Shown here: positions 9,215 to 18,118 of the stretch, piece by piece
Layout of the letters: each line of letters starts with the position of its first letter
How positions within the stretch are numbered: the first letter of the stretch is position 1
Assembly: GCA_050633245.1 (NCBI GenBank)
Contig: JBOEGD010000001.1
Location: forward strand, 343,190 to 407,189
Source of the DNA: Calditrichia bacterium
GTDB taxonomy: Bacteria > Calditrichota > Calditrichia > RBG-13-44-9 > J075
Direction of reading: 5' to 3'
DNA: 64,000 bases
The notes under the pieces: model-generated
What the model was told of the DNA's origin: nothing
Database searches by the model: none
What the model saw: only the letters and a program-made list of their open reading frames with translations
Position numbers and translations under genes: made by a program

Positions 9215-11005
9215 CTAATCAGTAACCATGCTTTGCCAAAGTTTGGCAATTCCACCACCACAGATTAGCGAGAGCATGATGAGCATGCTGCCCTGTGTCG
9301 TTTCTCCATACAGAAGTGAACCGGTTGCAAATAAGGCGGCATACACGCCTACCGAGCCGAGGAGCATCATTAATACACCCTGCGGAACGTCCCATTTTCT
9401 ACCCGTTGGCTCAAGGCTCTCACCTAATGCTGCTGCCTGATCCATAACACCCTTCCATCCGGGACCGCCCGGCTGAACGAGCTTATAAAAGCTGAATAGC
9501 GTCTTTCTGTCTGTCGTGCGCGTTAGATAGGTAGCGATAATCCAGCAAATCGTGGTCATACCGACGCCAAAGAGAAACTGCGTTTGGCTGGGAATCGCTT
9601 CAAAGCCGAGCTGCTCATGCGCGAGCTGAAAATAGATTGCGATTAGAAAGGAGACGGTCATGGCGGTGATTTCACTGAAGGCATTGATTCGCCACCAGAA
9701 CCAGCGAAGAATAAACAGCAGCCCGGTGCCTGCGCCGATTTGCAGCAAAATCTGAAATGCACCAAGCGCATCGCTGAGCGCCAGTGCAAATAAACTGGCC
9801 AGAATCATTAATCCTACCGTGGACAGCCGTCCAAAATTTACCTGTTGGCTTTCTGAGGCTGTTGGGTTGATGAAGCGCTTATAGAAATCGTTTACCAGGT
9901 AGGATGCGCCCCAGTTCAGGTGTGTTGAAATGGTAGACATGTATGCTGCGATGAGTGAAGCAACGACCAGGCCGAGCAGACCCTGCGGGAGAAAGCTGAG
10001 CATGGCAGGATAAGCGAGGTCGTGCCCCACGATGCTATCGTCAATGTTTGGGAAGGCTTCCCGAAGCGACTGAAGATCGGGGAAAACAATCATCGAACAG
10101 AGGGCAACAATAATCCATGGCCAGGGGCGCAGCGCATAGTGAGCGACATTAAAGAGAAACGTTGCGCCGATGGCGTGTCTTTCCGACTTGGCAGATAGCA
10201 TGCGCTGAGCTACATAGCCACCACCACCCGGTTCGGCACCGGGATACCATATACTCCACCATTGCACTGCCAGCGGTATAATAAGTAGTGAGATAACCAT
10301 ATCGGTATCAGAAAATGATGGTAGCAGAGATAGTGAATCCACCACGTTCTCGTGGGTTAGCAGGTTTGACAGACTACCTACATCGGGATGCTGAACGGCA
10401 ACGACCGCTGCGCCGATAGCACCAATCATAGCGATGATGAACTGGAAGAAGTCCGTGATAATCACCCCACGCAGACCTCCGAGAGCACTATAAGTAACCG
10501 TGATGGTGCCTCCGATAACAACGGTTTGAACAGGACTCAGGCCAAGCAAAATCCCCGCAATCTTAATCATTGCCAGCGTTACGGTTGCCATAATAAGCAC
10601 GTTAAACACCACGCCGAGGTAGATGGCCCGGAAGCCGCGTAGAAACGCTGCGGGTTTTCCGCTATAACGCATCTCGTAAAATTCAAGATCGGTAGAAGCC
10701 CCGGAGCGTCGCCACAGTTTGGCGTAGACGAACACGGTTAGCATACCAGTTAGCAGGAAGGCCCACCACACCCAGTTTCCCGCAACGCCGTTCTGCCGAA
10801 CGATATCGGTAACCAGATTCGGCGTGTCGGCAGAAAAGGTTGTAGCGACCATTGAGACACCTAAAAGCCACCACGGCATATTACGCCCGGAAAGAAAAAA
10901 CTCCGAACTACTTGAGCCGGCTTTCCTTGCCACGGCGAGTCCAACGCCGAGCGATAGAACAAAAAATGCGATGATAATTGACCAATCGAGACCTGTGAGA
11001 TTCAT
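9215..11005 (-). CDS. Sodium:solute symporter (SSS family)
   Basis: EFFLSGRNMPWW, SMVATTFSADTP, GGLRGVIITD, YVAQRMLSAK and AAYMST motifs, about 14 TM. Confidence 0.9.
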   Translation of the reverse strand: MNLTGLDWSIIIAFFVLSLGVGLAVARKAGSSSSEFFLSGRNMPWWLLGVSMVATTFSADTPNLVTDIVRQNGVAGNWVWWAFLLTGMLTVFVYAKLWRRSGASTDLEFYEMRYSGKPAAFLRGFRAIYLGVVFNVLIMATVTLAMIKIAGILLGLSPVQTVVIGGTITVTYSALGGLRGVIITDFFQFIIAMIGAIGAAVVAVQHPDVGSLSNLLTHENVVDSLSLLPSFSDTDMVISLLIIPLAVQWWSIWYPGAEPGGGGYVAQRMLSAKSERHAIGATFLFNVAHYALRPWPWIIVALCSMIVFPDLQSLREAFPNIDDSIVGHDLAYPAMLSFLPQGLLGLVVASLIAAYMSTISTHLNWGASYLVNDFYKRFINPTASESQQVNFGRLSTVGLMILASLFALALSDALGAFQILLQIGAGTGLLFILRWFWWRINAFSEITAMTVSFLIAIYFQLAHEQLGFEAIPSQTQFLFGVGMTTICWIIATYLTRTTDRKTLFSFYKLVQPGGPGWKGVMDQAAALGESLEPTGRKWDVPQGVLMMLLGSVGVYAALFATGSLLYGETTQGSMLIMLSLICGGGIAKLWQSMVTD

Positions 11006-11227
11006 AAAAAGTCCTGGTAAAATTGTCTACTTGAATGCGGGTGATAGTGCTAATGATACCAGCCCAATTTAATAATAATAAAGATACCGGTTTCAGATCG
11101 TTCAAGCAAACGAAGCAGGTGATATGTGAGTCAATGTGCACCTTGCCAGGAGGGAGATAAATAGCAGCGCAAAAAAGGAAATTTGCTGAACTGTGAATTC
11201 ATAATGTTGCTAAAGCACAAAAAAAAA

Positions 11228-11287
11228 TTGACAAATAAATTTGTAATACATATTATGTCATATAAATTTTATGTCATATAAATTTTG
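11228..11287 (+). promoter_or_regulatory. sigma70-type promoter with three overlapping TGT(A/C)ATA(C/T)A operator-like boxes
   Basis: TTGACA(11228)-17 bp-TATTAT(11251). Boxes at 11242, 11256 and 11272, the last two within a 16-bp direct repeat ATGTCATATAAATTTT. Confidence 0.6.
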
Positions 11288-11491
11288 AATTTCTTTTTCT
11301 TAACAAGAAATACTCTCATTAGAATAGTAGGCCTAGTCTTTTTAACCTCTGCTAAATGTTTTGGCAAGCTTTCGTGACTCATCTTATTGTTACGCACCTA
11401 AAAACGTTTACCGCTTTAATACTTATGTCTAGTCGTCAATACACTCGGGATTTTTAAATAAACAGCTATTAAACATGTAAGGGATGGAATA

Positions 11492-14041
11492 ATGGCAAAA
11501 TTGAGAATGAATTTCTTTTCTGTGATTGCATTGATTCTTTGCTGCGCTTTGGCAAATAACTTAAATGCACAGACAGTTATATCGGTAGCGGCTGGCGACA
11601 GCACGTTGCGACTGGCCGTTGAAGGTGCTTCTTCAGGTGATATCATTGAATTGGTGACCAGCGGGGGTGTTTATAGTGAGCCGGGCACCGATAAGGTTGT
11701 CATCGATAAAACGCTGACCATTCGCGCCGCAGCCGGTTTGGCGGATATGCCCATTGTGCGCAATACCTTTGGCGGTACGACCAGCGCACGTTTGTTTGAA
11801 ATTCGGGATGGCTGTGATCTGCTGACGCTTCAGGGGCTGTTTCTCGATGGCCGTATGGTCGATGGCGGTCCGGTGCATGCCAAGAACGCAGTGCGCGGGC
11901 AAGACATTAACGTGCCCGAAGACTCCATTCGCTTTAGCCTGAAGATTGAAGACTGCGAGATGCGTTACTACACCGAAGCCATCGTGAAGCTGCATGCCAA
12001 TAACTCTGCTGATTCGGTCGTTGTTCGCAACTCTATTTTTGATGAAACCCGCAATGAGGGGATTCTGCTGCGTGAGAATTCCACTGCCGGCGGTCCAAAG
12101 GTCGATAACCTTGATGTGAGCAATACCACCTTTACGCGCATTGGCCGTGAGGCGATCTACATCGAGTTTAGCAATCCGGTTGTGACGATCAATCACTGTA
12201 CCTTCGATTCAATCAGCTGGCGAGAAAACAAACGCATGGTGTATCCACGCGATGTGACTGACGTGACGATAACAAACAGTATTTTTACCAACCAAGGTGG
12301 AACGCAGTCTGCAGCCATTGCCCTGTATGGTAACTCCACGATTTCCTATAGCGATACCTTTCGAATCGCTGGTCTTTCACTAAACGATAATGCTACGGAA
12401 GGCGCGGGCATGCTCGCTGCCAATCCGCTTTATACCGACCCGCTAAATGATGATTACACGCTAAGTGGTTCGTCTCCGGTATTAGGAATGGCCAATGATG
12501 GCCGTGCCATGGGCGATCTTCGCTGGGAGCCGATTACCGATCCTGATCCAATGACTTATCAGGTTGTTGCCGGTGATAGCACGCTGCGAATGGCTGTAGC
12601 TGCCGCAGCTGATGGCGATACGCTTGAGCTGGTGACCAGCGGAGGGATCTATAGCGATTCCGGAACCGATAAAGTCATTATTGACAAAGTATTGGTGATT
12701 CGTGCTCAAGACAGCCTGGCAGCAAAGCCGATTGTGCGCAATACGAATCCGGCAACGACTGCAGCGCGTTTGTTCGAAATTCAGGCAGGCGGCGAGCTGG
12801 TGCTGAATGGCTTATGTCTTGATGGTCGTATGATGGACGGCGGTCCGGCGCATGCCAAGAATGCGGTGCGTTCTCAGGATATAAACGATCCTGCAGATGC
12901 CTTCCGTTTCCAATTGAAAATAGAAGATTGCGAGATGCGCTACTACACCGAGTCTATTGTCAAGGCTCATGCAAATACCGCAGCAGATTCGGTTATTCTG
13001 CGAAACTGCATCCTCGATGAAGCACAACGCGAAGGCATTCTGCTACGCGAAAATACTGCCTCCGGTGGTCCTGATATTGGTTCATTGGAAGTTACCAACA
13101 CTACTTTTACCAAGATTGGTCGGGAAGCGATCTATATTGAGTTCAGTGATCCGGTGGTGCGAATTACTCACTGTACCTTCGACTCTATCAGCTATGCTGA
13201 AGATAAGCGAGTGCTTTATCCGCGCGATGTGACTGATGTTGAGATCAAAAACTGTATTATTAGCAATCAGGGTGGTTCAATTGGCGCATCCATTCGGCTG
13301 TATGGCAATTCCACTATTTCCTATACAGACACGTTCAATGTTGGAGGGTTTAGCTTAGAAGGAAATTCGAGCGTTGGCGCGGGCATGCTGGGTGTTGATC
13401 CTGAATATAATGATCCTTCAGTTTACGATTATCGACTCAGCAGCACCTCTCCGGTTCGTGGAGCGGCAGACGATGGCCGGGCCATGGGTGATTTGCGCTG
13501 GGAAGCATTTCCTGCAAACGCAACCTTATCGGTAGCTACAGCTGGAAACGGTTCCGTTACCCTAAACCCGGAAGGTGGCGTGTATGACATTGGCACGGAA
13601 GTTACTTTGACTGCTGTTCCGGATAGTGGCTGGGTCTTTTTTGAGTGGCAAGGTGCACTCTCTGGAAATACCAACCCGGAAGTGCTAACGATTACCGAAA
13701 ATACTACAGTTACTGCCGTGTTTGAGATAGCCACAGGAATTGGGGATGGTGCTTTAGTACCTCATGAATTTGCGGTTAGCCAAAATTATCCGAATCCGTT
13801 TAATCCGTCTACCACAATCAAGTTTCAGGTTCCACAAGTGAGTTCTGTAAGTCTGGTTGTGTATAATATTCTCGGCCATAGAGTTCGCACGTTGGTGAAT
13901 AACAACTTCGAGCCAGGCTACTATAATGTCGTTTGGGATGGTCGAAATGACTCCGGGCAGGCAGTTTCTTCCGGTATGTATATTTACCGCTTTGAGGCGG
14001 AAGACTATCGCTGGACTCAAAAGATGATTATGATGAAATAA
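11492..14041 (+). CDS. Secreted protein with two tandem beta-helix (DUF4957/DUF5123-like) domains, an InlB-B-repeat-like domain and a FlgD-Ig/T9SS-type CTD
   Basis: Signal peptide. The ~320 aa unit GDSTLR...MGDLRWE occurs twice. Also GSVTLNP...GTEVTLTAVPDSGWVF..W.G and C-terminal QNYPNPFNPSTTI...WDGRN...SSGMY. Confidence 0.8.
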   Translation: MAKLRMNFFSVIALILCCALANNLNAQTVISVAAGDSTLRLAVEGASSGDIIELVTSGGVYSEPGTDKVVIDKTLTIRAAAGLADMPIVRNTFGGTTSARLFEIRDGCDLLTLQGLFLDGRMVDGGPVHAKNAVRGQDINVPEDSIRFSLKIEDCEMRYYTEAIVKLHANNSADSVVVRNSIFDETRNEGILLRENSTAGGPKVDNLDVSNTTFTRIGREAIYIEFSNPVVTINHCTFDSISWRENKRMVYPRDVTDVTITNSIFTNQGGTQSAAIALYGNSTISYSDTFRIAGLSLNDNATEGAGMLAANPLYTDPLNDDYTLSGSSPVLGMANDGRAMGDLRWEPITDPDPMTYQVVAGDSTLRMAVAAAADGDTLELVTSGGIYSDSGTDKVIIDKVLVIRAQDSLAAKPIVRNTNPATTAARLFEIQAGGELVLNGLCLDGRMMDGGPAHAKNAVRSQDINDPADAFRFQLKIEDCEMRYYTESIVKAHANTAADSVILRNCILDEAQREGILLRENTASGGPDIGSLEVTNTTFTKIGREAIYIEFSDPVVRITHCTFDSISYAEDKRVLYPRDVTDVEIKNCIISNQGGSIGASIRLYGNSTISYTDTFNVGGFSLEGNSSVGAGMLGVDPEYNDPSVYDYRLSSTSPVRGAADDGRAMGDLRWEAFPANATLSVATAGNGSVTLNPEGGVYDIGTEVTLTAVPDSGWVFFEWQGALSGNTNPEVLTITENTTVTAVFEIATGIGDGALVPHEFAVSQNYPNPFNPSTTIKFQVPQVSSVSLVVYNILGHRVRTLVNNNFEPGYYNVVWDGRNDSGQAVSSGMYIYRFEAEDYRWTQKMIMMK

Positions 14042-14048
14042 CTTTGAC

Positions 14049-14081
14049 TTTCCGGCAGTGAGCTCTGCTTACTGCCGGAAA
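14049..14081 (+). terminator. Hairpin terminator
   Basis: TTTCCGGCAGTGAGC-TCT-GCTTACTGCCGGAAA immediately after the stop. Confidence 0.65.
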
Positions 14082-14350
14082 GCTTAATAAATCGTGCACC
14101 AGTTCTGCGATCTATCTTCAAAACGTATTAAACCACTTCTCGAAATACTATTCCCTGTATCAGATACTCTTTTTCCAAACTTCTATTTTGAAAACACATA
14201 GCTTCAGTTGATATTCTTTTTTAACTGTGAAGCGTGAAGGTTTTGCTTATTTTTGTGCTACGCAAGAGAAATTTATTCACCAATCACCGATCATAATACA
14301 TTTCTTTGCTTTTTAGTATTCGTTTATGCCGGCAAGTCTGAGGGAATCGA

Positions 14351-15055
14351 TTGAGGAGTATGATGGACAAAATTCAATATATCGGCAAAGTACGATATTT
14401 AGGTCGTTTTAATCGATCAGCGGAAGCTTTTTGGACTTGGCTTCGTTTGTGGAACGATTTGCTGGGTGGTTCATTATTTCGACCTGCCAGGATTATCCTG
14501 TTGATCTGGCTGCTTGGATCAACCATGGGGCTATGGACGACAACAAATATCGTAAACGCCCAGTCGTTAGGGTGGACCGGTTCTGCCTCGGTGCTATTTG
14601 ATACCGAATTCTCGAACGGTACCGAAGCAGGACCCGGATTGTCTGGATCAGTAACACTTTTGCCGAATCAGACACTGTCTTACTTCCTGAACGTAACCGT
14701 AGCTCGCACCGATTTTCCGGTAGGCGTGGATGATCTGCACCGGAACTGGGGCATTGCTGCAGTCGGACTACGCCTGGCTCGGTCTGGGGAACGTCAAAGG
14801 GTCGGCATCAGTCTGGGGCTTGGCGCTGTCGTTTTTGATGATGTATCTGAGACCGATCCCGGTTTTCGAAGTAGCGCCAATGCAGAGGAGATGCTGCAAC
14901 TTGGCGTAGAAGGGAGCATCCCGCTCAATGAGTCTTTGCACTTGCGTCTTGCGTTGCAGGATATGGTAACGGGCTGGTGGAATGCCATTATCGATCCGAG
15001 TGAGGGAAACTTGAATCATCGATTTCAGTTGTCTCTGGGAGTCGAATTTCGCTGA
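14351..15055 (+). CDS. Outer-membrane beta-barrel protein (true start probably about 35 codons downstream)
   Basis: Signal-like segment ending VNAQ, amphipathic strands, C-terminal FQLSLGVEF(R). Confidence 0.55.
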   Translation: MRSMMDKIQYIGKVRYLGRFNRSAEAFWTWLRLWNDLLGGSLFRPARIILLIWLLGSTMGLWTTTNIVNAQSLGWTGSASVLFDTEFSNGTEAGPGLSGSVTLLPNQTLSYFLNVTVARTDFPVGVDDLHRNWGIAAVGLRLARSGERQRVGISLGLGAVVFDDVSETDPGFRSSANAEEMLQLGVEGSIPLNESLHLRLALQDMVTGWWNAIIDPSEGNLNHRFQLSLGVEFR

Positions 15056-15119
15056 GCGTTTTTGAGCAGAGCAGTCGGGATAACAATCGGAGATTAAGGT
15101 GAAACACAATGTAAAGGAC

Positions 15120-15965
15120 ATGCATTTTAAAAAACAAACCGATCCGGATTTGGAGTTTCAAATCCTATCCCTGAATGATTTGTTCCGCCGTACTCTGGAC
15201 CATTCTCTGGATCGTCCACACAGACTGCAGTTTTATTTGATTTTGTTAATAACGAAAGGAACGGGAAAGCATTTTATTGATTTCGAGACCTATCACTATG
15301 AACCGGGAACGATTTTTTTTATTTCCAAATATCAAATTCAGTATTTTGATGTTCAACCGGAAAACGATGGTTTAATGATTCTCTTTACAGAAGAGTTTCT
15401 ATATGAGGCCAAATCAGAGTTGAAGAAGTTGCAGAAATCTACAGCCTTTGATTTTACGTTGTATTCACCTCAGATTTTATTAAAGGGAGAAAACAAGGTT
15501 GAATTTTTAAGGGCTATTGAAGACATCTCGCTTGAGTATCAAAAGCAAAATGACTTTGCGAAGACAGAGATTCTCCAGTGTCTATTGAAGCTGTTGATTT
15601 TGAAGTCTGAAAGACTTAGAAAAAATGATAATACATCAGAGAATATTTCCTCTGATCTCCGACATTTTATTAAACTGGTTGACGAGAATTATACAAGGCG
15701 CCACCATGTAGTTGAATACGCCGACATGATGTCCAGGTCACCCAAAACATTGAGTAAAATGACAGTTAAGGTATTCAATAAAACGGCAAAGGAGTTTATT
15801 GATGCCAGGATAATCCTGGAAGCTAAGCGATTACTCACCCACACAACCTTATCGGTAAAGCAGCTTGCATTTCAGTTGGGATTTAGTGAACCGACTAATT
15901 TTGTAAAGTTTTTCAAAAGCCGAGTTAAAATGTCACCGAAACAGTTTAGAAATTCTCACCAATAA
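15120..15965 (+). CDS. AraC-family transcriptional regulator
   Basis: PHRLQFY cupin domain and C-terminal EAKRLL...SVKQLAFQLGFSEPTNFVKFFK...SPKQFR. Confidence 0.92.
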   Translation: MHFKKQTDPDLEFQILSLNDLFRRTLDHSLDRPHRLQFYLILLITKGTGKHFIDFETYHYEPGTIFFISKYQIQYFDVQPENDGLMILFTEEFLYEAKSELKKLQKSTAFDFTLYSPQILLKGENKVEFLRAIEDISLEYQKQNDFAKTEILQCLLKLLILKSERLRKNDNTSENISSDLRHFIKLVDENYTRRHHVVEYADMMSRSPKTLSKMTVKVFNKTAKEFIDARIILEAKRLLTHTTLSVKQLAFQLGFSEPTNFVKFFKSRVKMSPKQFRNSHQ

Positions 15966-16119
15966 CACCCTGCCTTTTTACCGATTTTTACCATTTTAAT
16001 CCACTATTTATCTTGATATCTTCCAGTTGTTGCAGAAATTTATCCTAAATTAAGAGCTGATTAACATATTAAACTCAGAATAAAAACTATTTGCACCAAA
16101 TCTCATTGGAGGCTTAGAC

Positions 16120-16902
16120 ATGAGCAATCGTAAACAAAATGCTATCAATCTGTACATGGAAGGTATTCGGGATGGTAATGCAAGAGAGGCCGTTACCAAA
16201 TATACCGGTGATCGCTATACTCAGCACAGTACCGGAGTGAAGGATGGAATTGAGGGATTTGTTGAGTTCTTTGAGCCCTTTATTGCGCGTAACCCAATAC
16301 GTGATATCCAAATTGTTCGGGCTTTGGAAGATGGCCAATATGTATTTGTTCATGTATATCAGGAGCTCAATAATGGCGATGCGAAGTGGATAACAATGGA
16401 TATGTTCGATACCGATGCGAACGGAAAGATCATTGAACATTGGGATGTTATTGGTTCGGTTGCAGAAACCACAGTTTCCGGCCATAGTCAAATTGACGGT
16501 CCCACCGAAATTCAGGATTTGGATAAGACAGAAGAAAACAAAGCTATTGTGCGAGGATTCCTCACGGATATTTTGCAAAACGGCAAGTTTGACAAGTTAA
16601 CGGATTATATATCTAAAACGACTTATATCCAGCACAACCCACAAGTGGGCGATGGTCTGGAAGGATTGGCTACATTTGTTGAAGAGTTAGGCAAAAAAGG
16701 GCTCTCTATGCAATATCTCGATGTATTCAAGGTGATCGGTGAGGGCAACTTTGTGGCCAGTTATTCCAAAATGGCGCTTGGCGATGATGAGTATGCCGTC
16801 TTCGATCTATTTCGTCTGGACAACGGATTGATCGTTGAGCATTGGGATAATATGGAAGTTATTCTGCCTAAAGAGCAGTGGGGAAATAGTGGTAAGTTCT
16901 AA
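16120..16902 (+). CDS. Tandem SnoaL/NTF2-like domain protein
   Basis: Two repeats, YTQH...DG...IIEHWD and YIQHNP...DG...IVEHWD. SD GGAGG. Confidence 0.85.
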   Translation: MSNRKQNAINLYMEGIRDGNAREAVTKYTGDRYTQHSTGVKDGIEGFVEFFEPFIARNPIRDIQIVRALEDGQYVFVHVYQELNNGDAKWITMDMFDTDANGKIIEHWDVIGSVAETTVSGHSQIDGPTEIQDLDKTEENKAIVRGFLTDILQNGKFDKLTDYISKTTYIQHNPQVGDGLEGLATFVEELGKKGLSMQYLDVFKVIGEGNFVASYSKMALGDDEYAVFDLFRLDNGLIVEHWDNMEVILPKEQWGNSGKF

Positions 16903-17070
16903 TTTTGAAACGTTTATTTATTGTTCGGGTGCCGATAGTGTTTTTCTATCGGCATTCGGCTCCTCGGCTCCGCTCGGGGATCGATATACCCCCTGAGCGA
17001 AGTCGATTTTGCCGGCGTGGGCAAAACCAGTTGGCAGAATATGTCTCCTTAATGAGCTTAGCTCATTATT

Positions 17071-17379
17071 TTACTTCTCGTAAAAGACCTCATAAATGGT
17101 GGTGTGTTTTTCTTTTTTCAATAAGAAGTCATCATCTTCCGAATAATACTTTGCAAGCTCAGGGTTATCGCCTGCGAATTTTTTGATGGATTCTAATGAA
17201 TCCCAAATGGTTACAAGCAGGAAATGTGCGGTCTTGTTTTCGTCTCTACGTTGAAAATAAAGCTTTAATAACCCATCAACAGCGCTGTAATCCGGAGCTG
17301 CTCTTTCAATCATAAACTGTTCGTACGCGTCAGCCTTTTCAATAGCAACTTCTCCATGCCACAATCTCATAAGAGCCAT
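17071..17379 (-). CDS. ABM (antibiotic biosynthesis monooxygenase)-like protein
   Basis: MRLWHG...HFLLVTIWDSLESIKKFAG...AKYY.ED.DFL pattern, SD GGAGG. Confidence 0.8.
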   Translation of the reverse strand: MALMRLWHGEVAIEKADAYEQFMIERAAPDYSAVDGLLKLYFQRRDENKTAHFLLVTIWDSLESIKKFAGDNPELAKYYSEDDDFLLKKEKHTTIYEVFYEK

Positions 17380-17564
17380 AATATTGCCTCCTGTTTTTCA
17401 AACAAAACGATTTGTTTTCTAGTTTTCAGAGAATATCAAAATCAACGAAACTTCAATTTATTGTGATGTGCCAGATAAGGTAAGTGCATGTAAGTCTTCA
17501 GAAAAGGCTACTTTTTCAAAGATCGACTTTGAAAAGGTCAATTCTCAGCCGATATTATTTCTCA

Positions 17565-17634
17565 ATCGGTGATCGGTGATCGGTGTTTATTATTTATCAA
17601 TTATCAATTATCAATTATCAATTATCAATTATCA
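17565..17634. repeat. Heptamer tandem repeats (ATCGGTG)3 and (TTATCAA)~6
   Basis: Directly visible and abutting the tRNA 5' end. Confidence 0.9.
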
Positions 17635-17708
17635 GCTCCCTTAGCTCAGTAGGATAGAGCGTTGGATTCCTAATCCAAAGGTCGTGGGTTCGAATCCCGC
17701 AGGGGGCA
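17635..17708 (+). tRNA. tRNA-Arg (CCT), CCA not encoded
   Basis: Acceptor GCTCCCT/AGGGGGC, D arm GCTC/GAGC, anticodon arm TTGGA-TTCCTAA-TCCAA, T arm GTGGG-TTCGAAT-CCCGC. Confidence 0.97.
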
Positions 17709-17885
17709 CAAGTAATGTATGAATTATGATTGTTAAATTATGATGCATATGTTTGGGAAAGAACTCTCGAGAACGTTTGTGAGTTCTCATTTTATGTGTC
17801 ACTTCCTACCACTTAGCTTGTTTTATAAAGACTGTTCATAGCTCTATTCACCGCGAACAAGTCTATATTTTATAGCAAGATGAAT

Positions 17886-18054
17886 GTTATTCCATACGGC
17901 TTTGCCAAATTGATAGTGAGATCCTCAATTACGGAGTCGTAACCGATGAAGGCGGGATTTACGGCTCCGTCTCCCGGATTTGTTCGTTGACTCACTGATA
18001 CTGACTACTATAAGAGGTAACTTCTTCACAGCAGGAGCTTAGTATGGGGAGAAC
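17886..18054 (+). ncRNA. Putative rod-shaped structured RNA (family unassigned)
   Basis: Nested stems: GTTATTCCATAC/GTATGGGGAGAAC, GGCTTTGC/GCAGGAGCT, AGTGAG/CTCACT, ACGGAGTCGTAA/TTACGGCTCCGT. A TATATT -10-like box lies at 17864. Confidence 0.4.
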
Positions 18055-18118
18055 CCTGTTGTTTTGTCATGTTGAGATTTTCGCTTAATTTCAGTTCAAC
18101 AAGAGAGGAAGAAGAATT

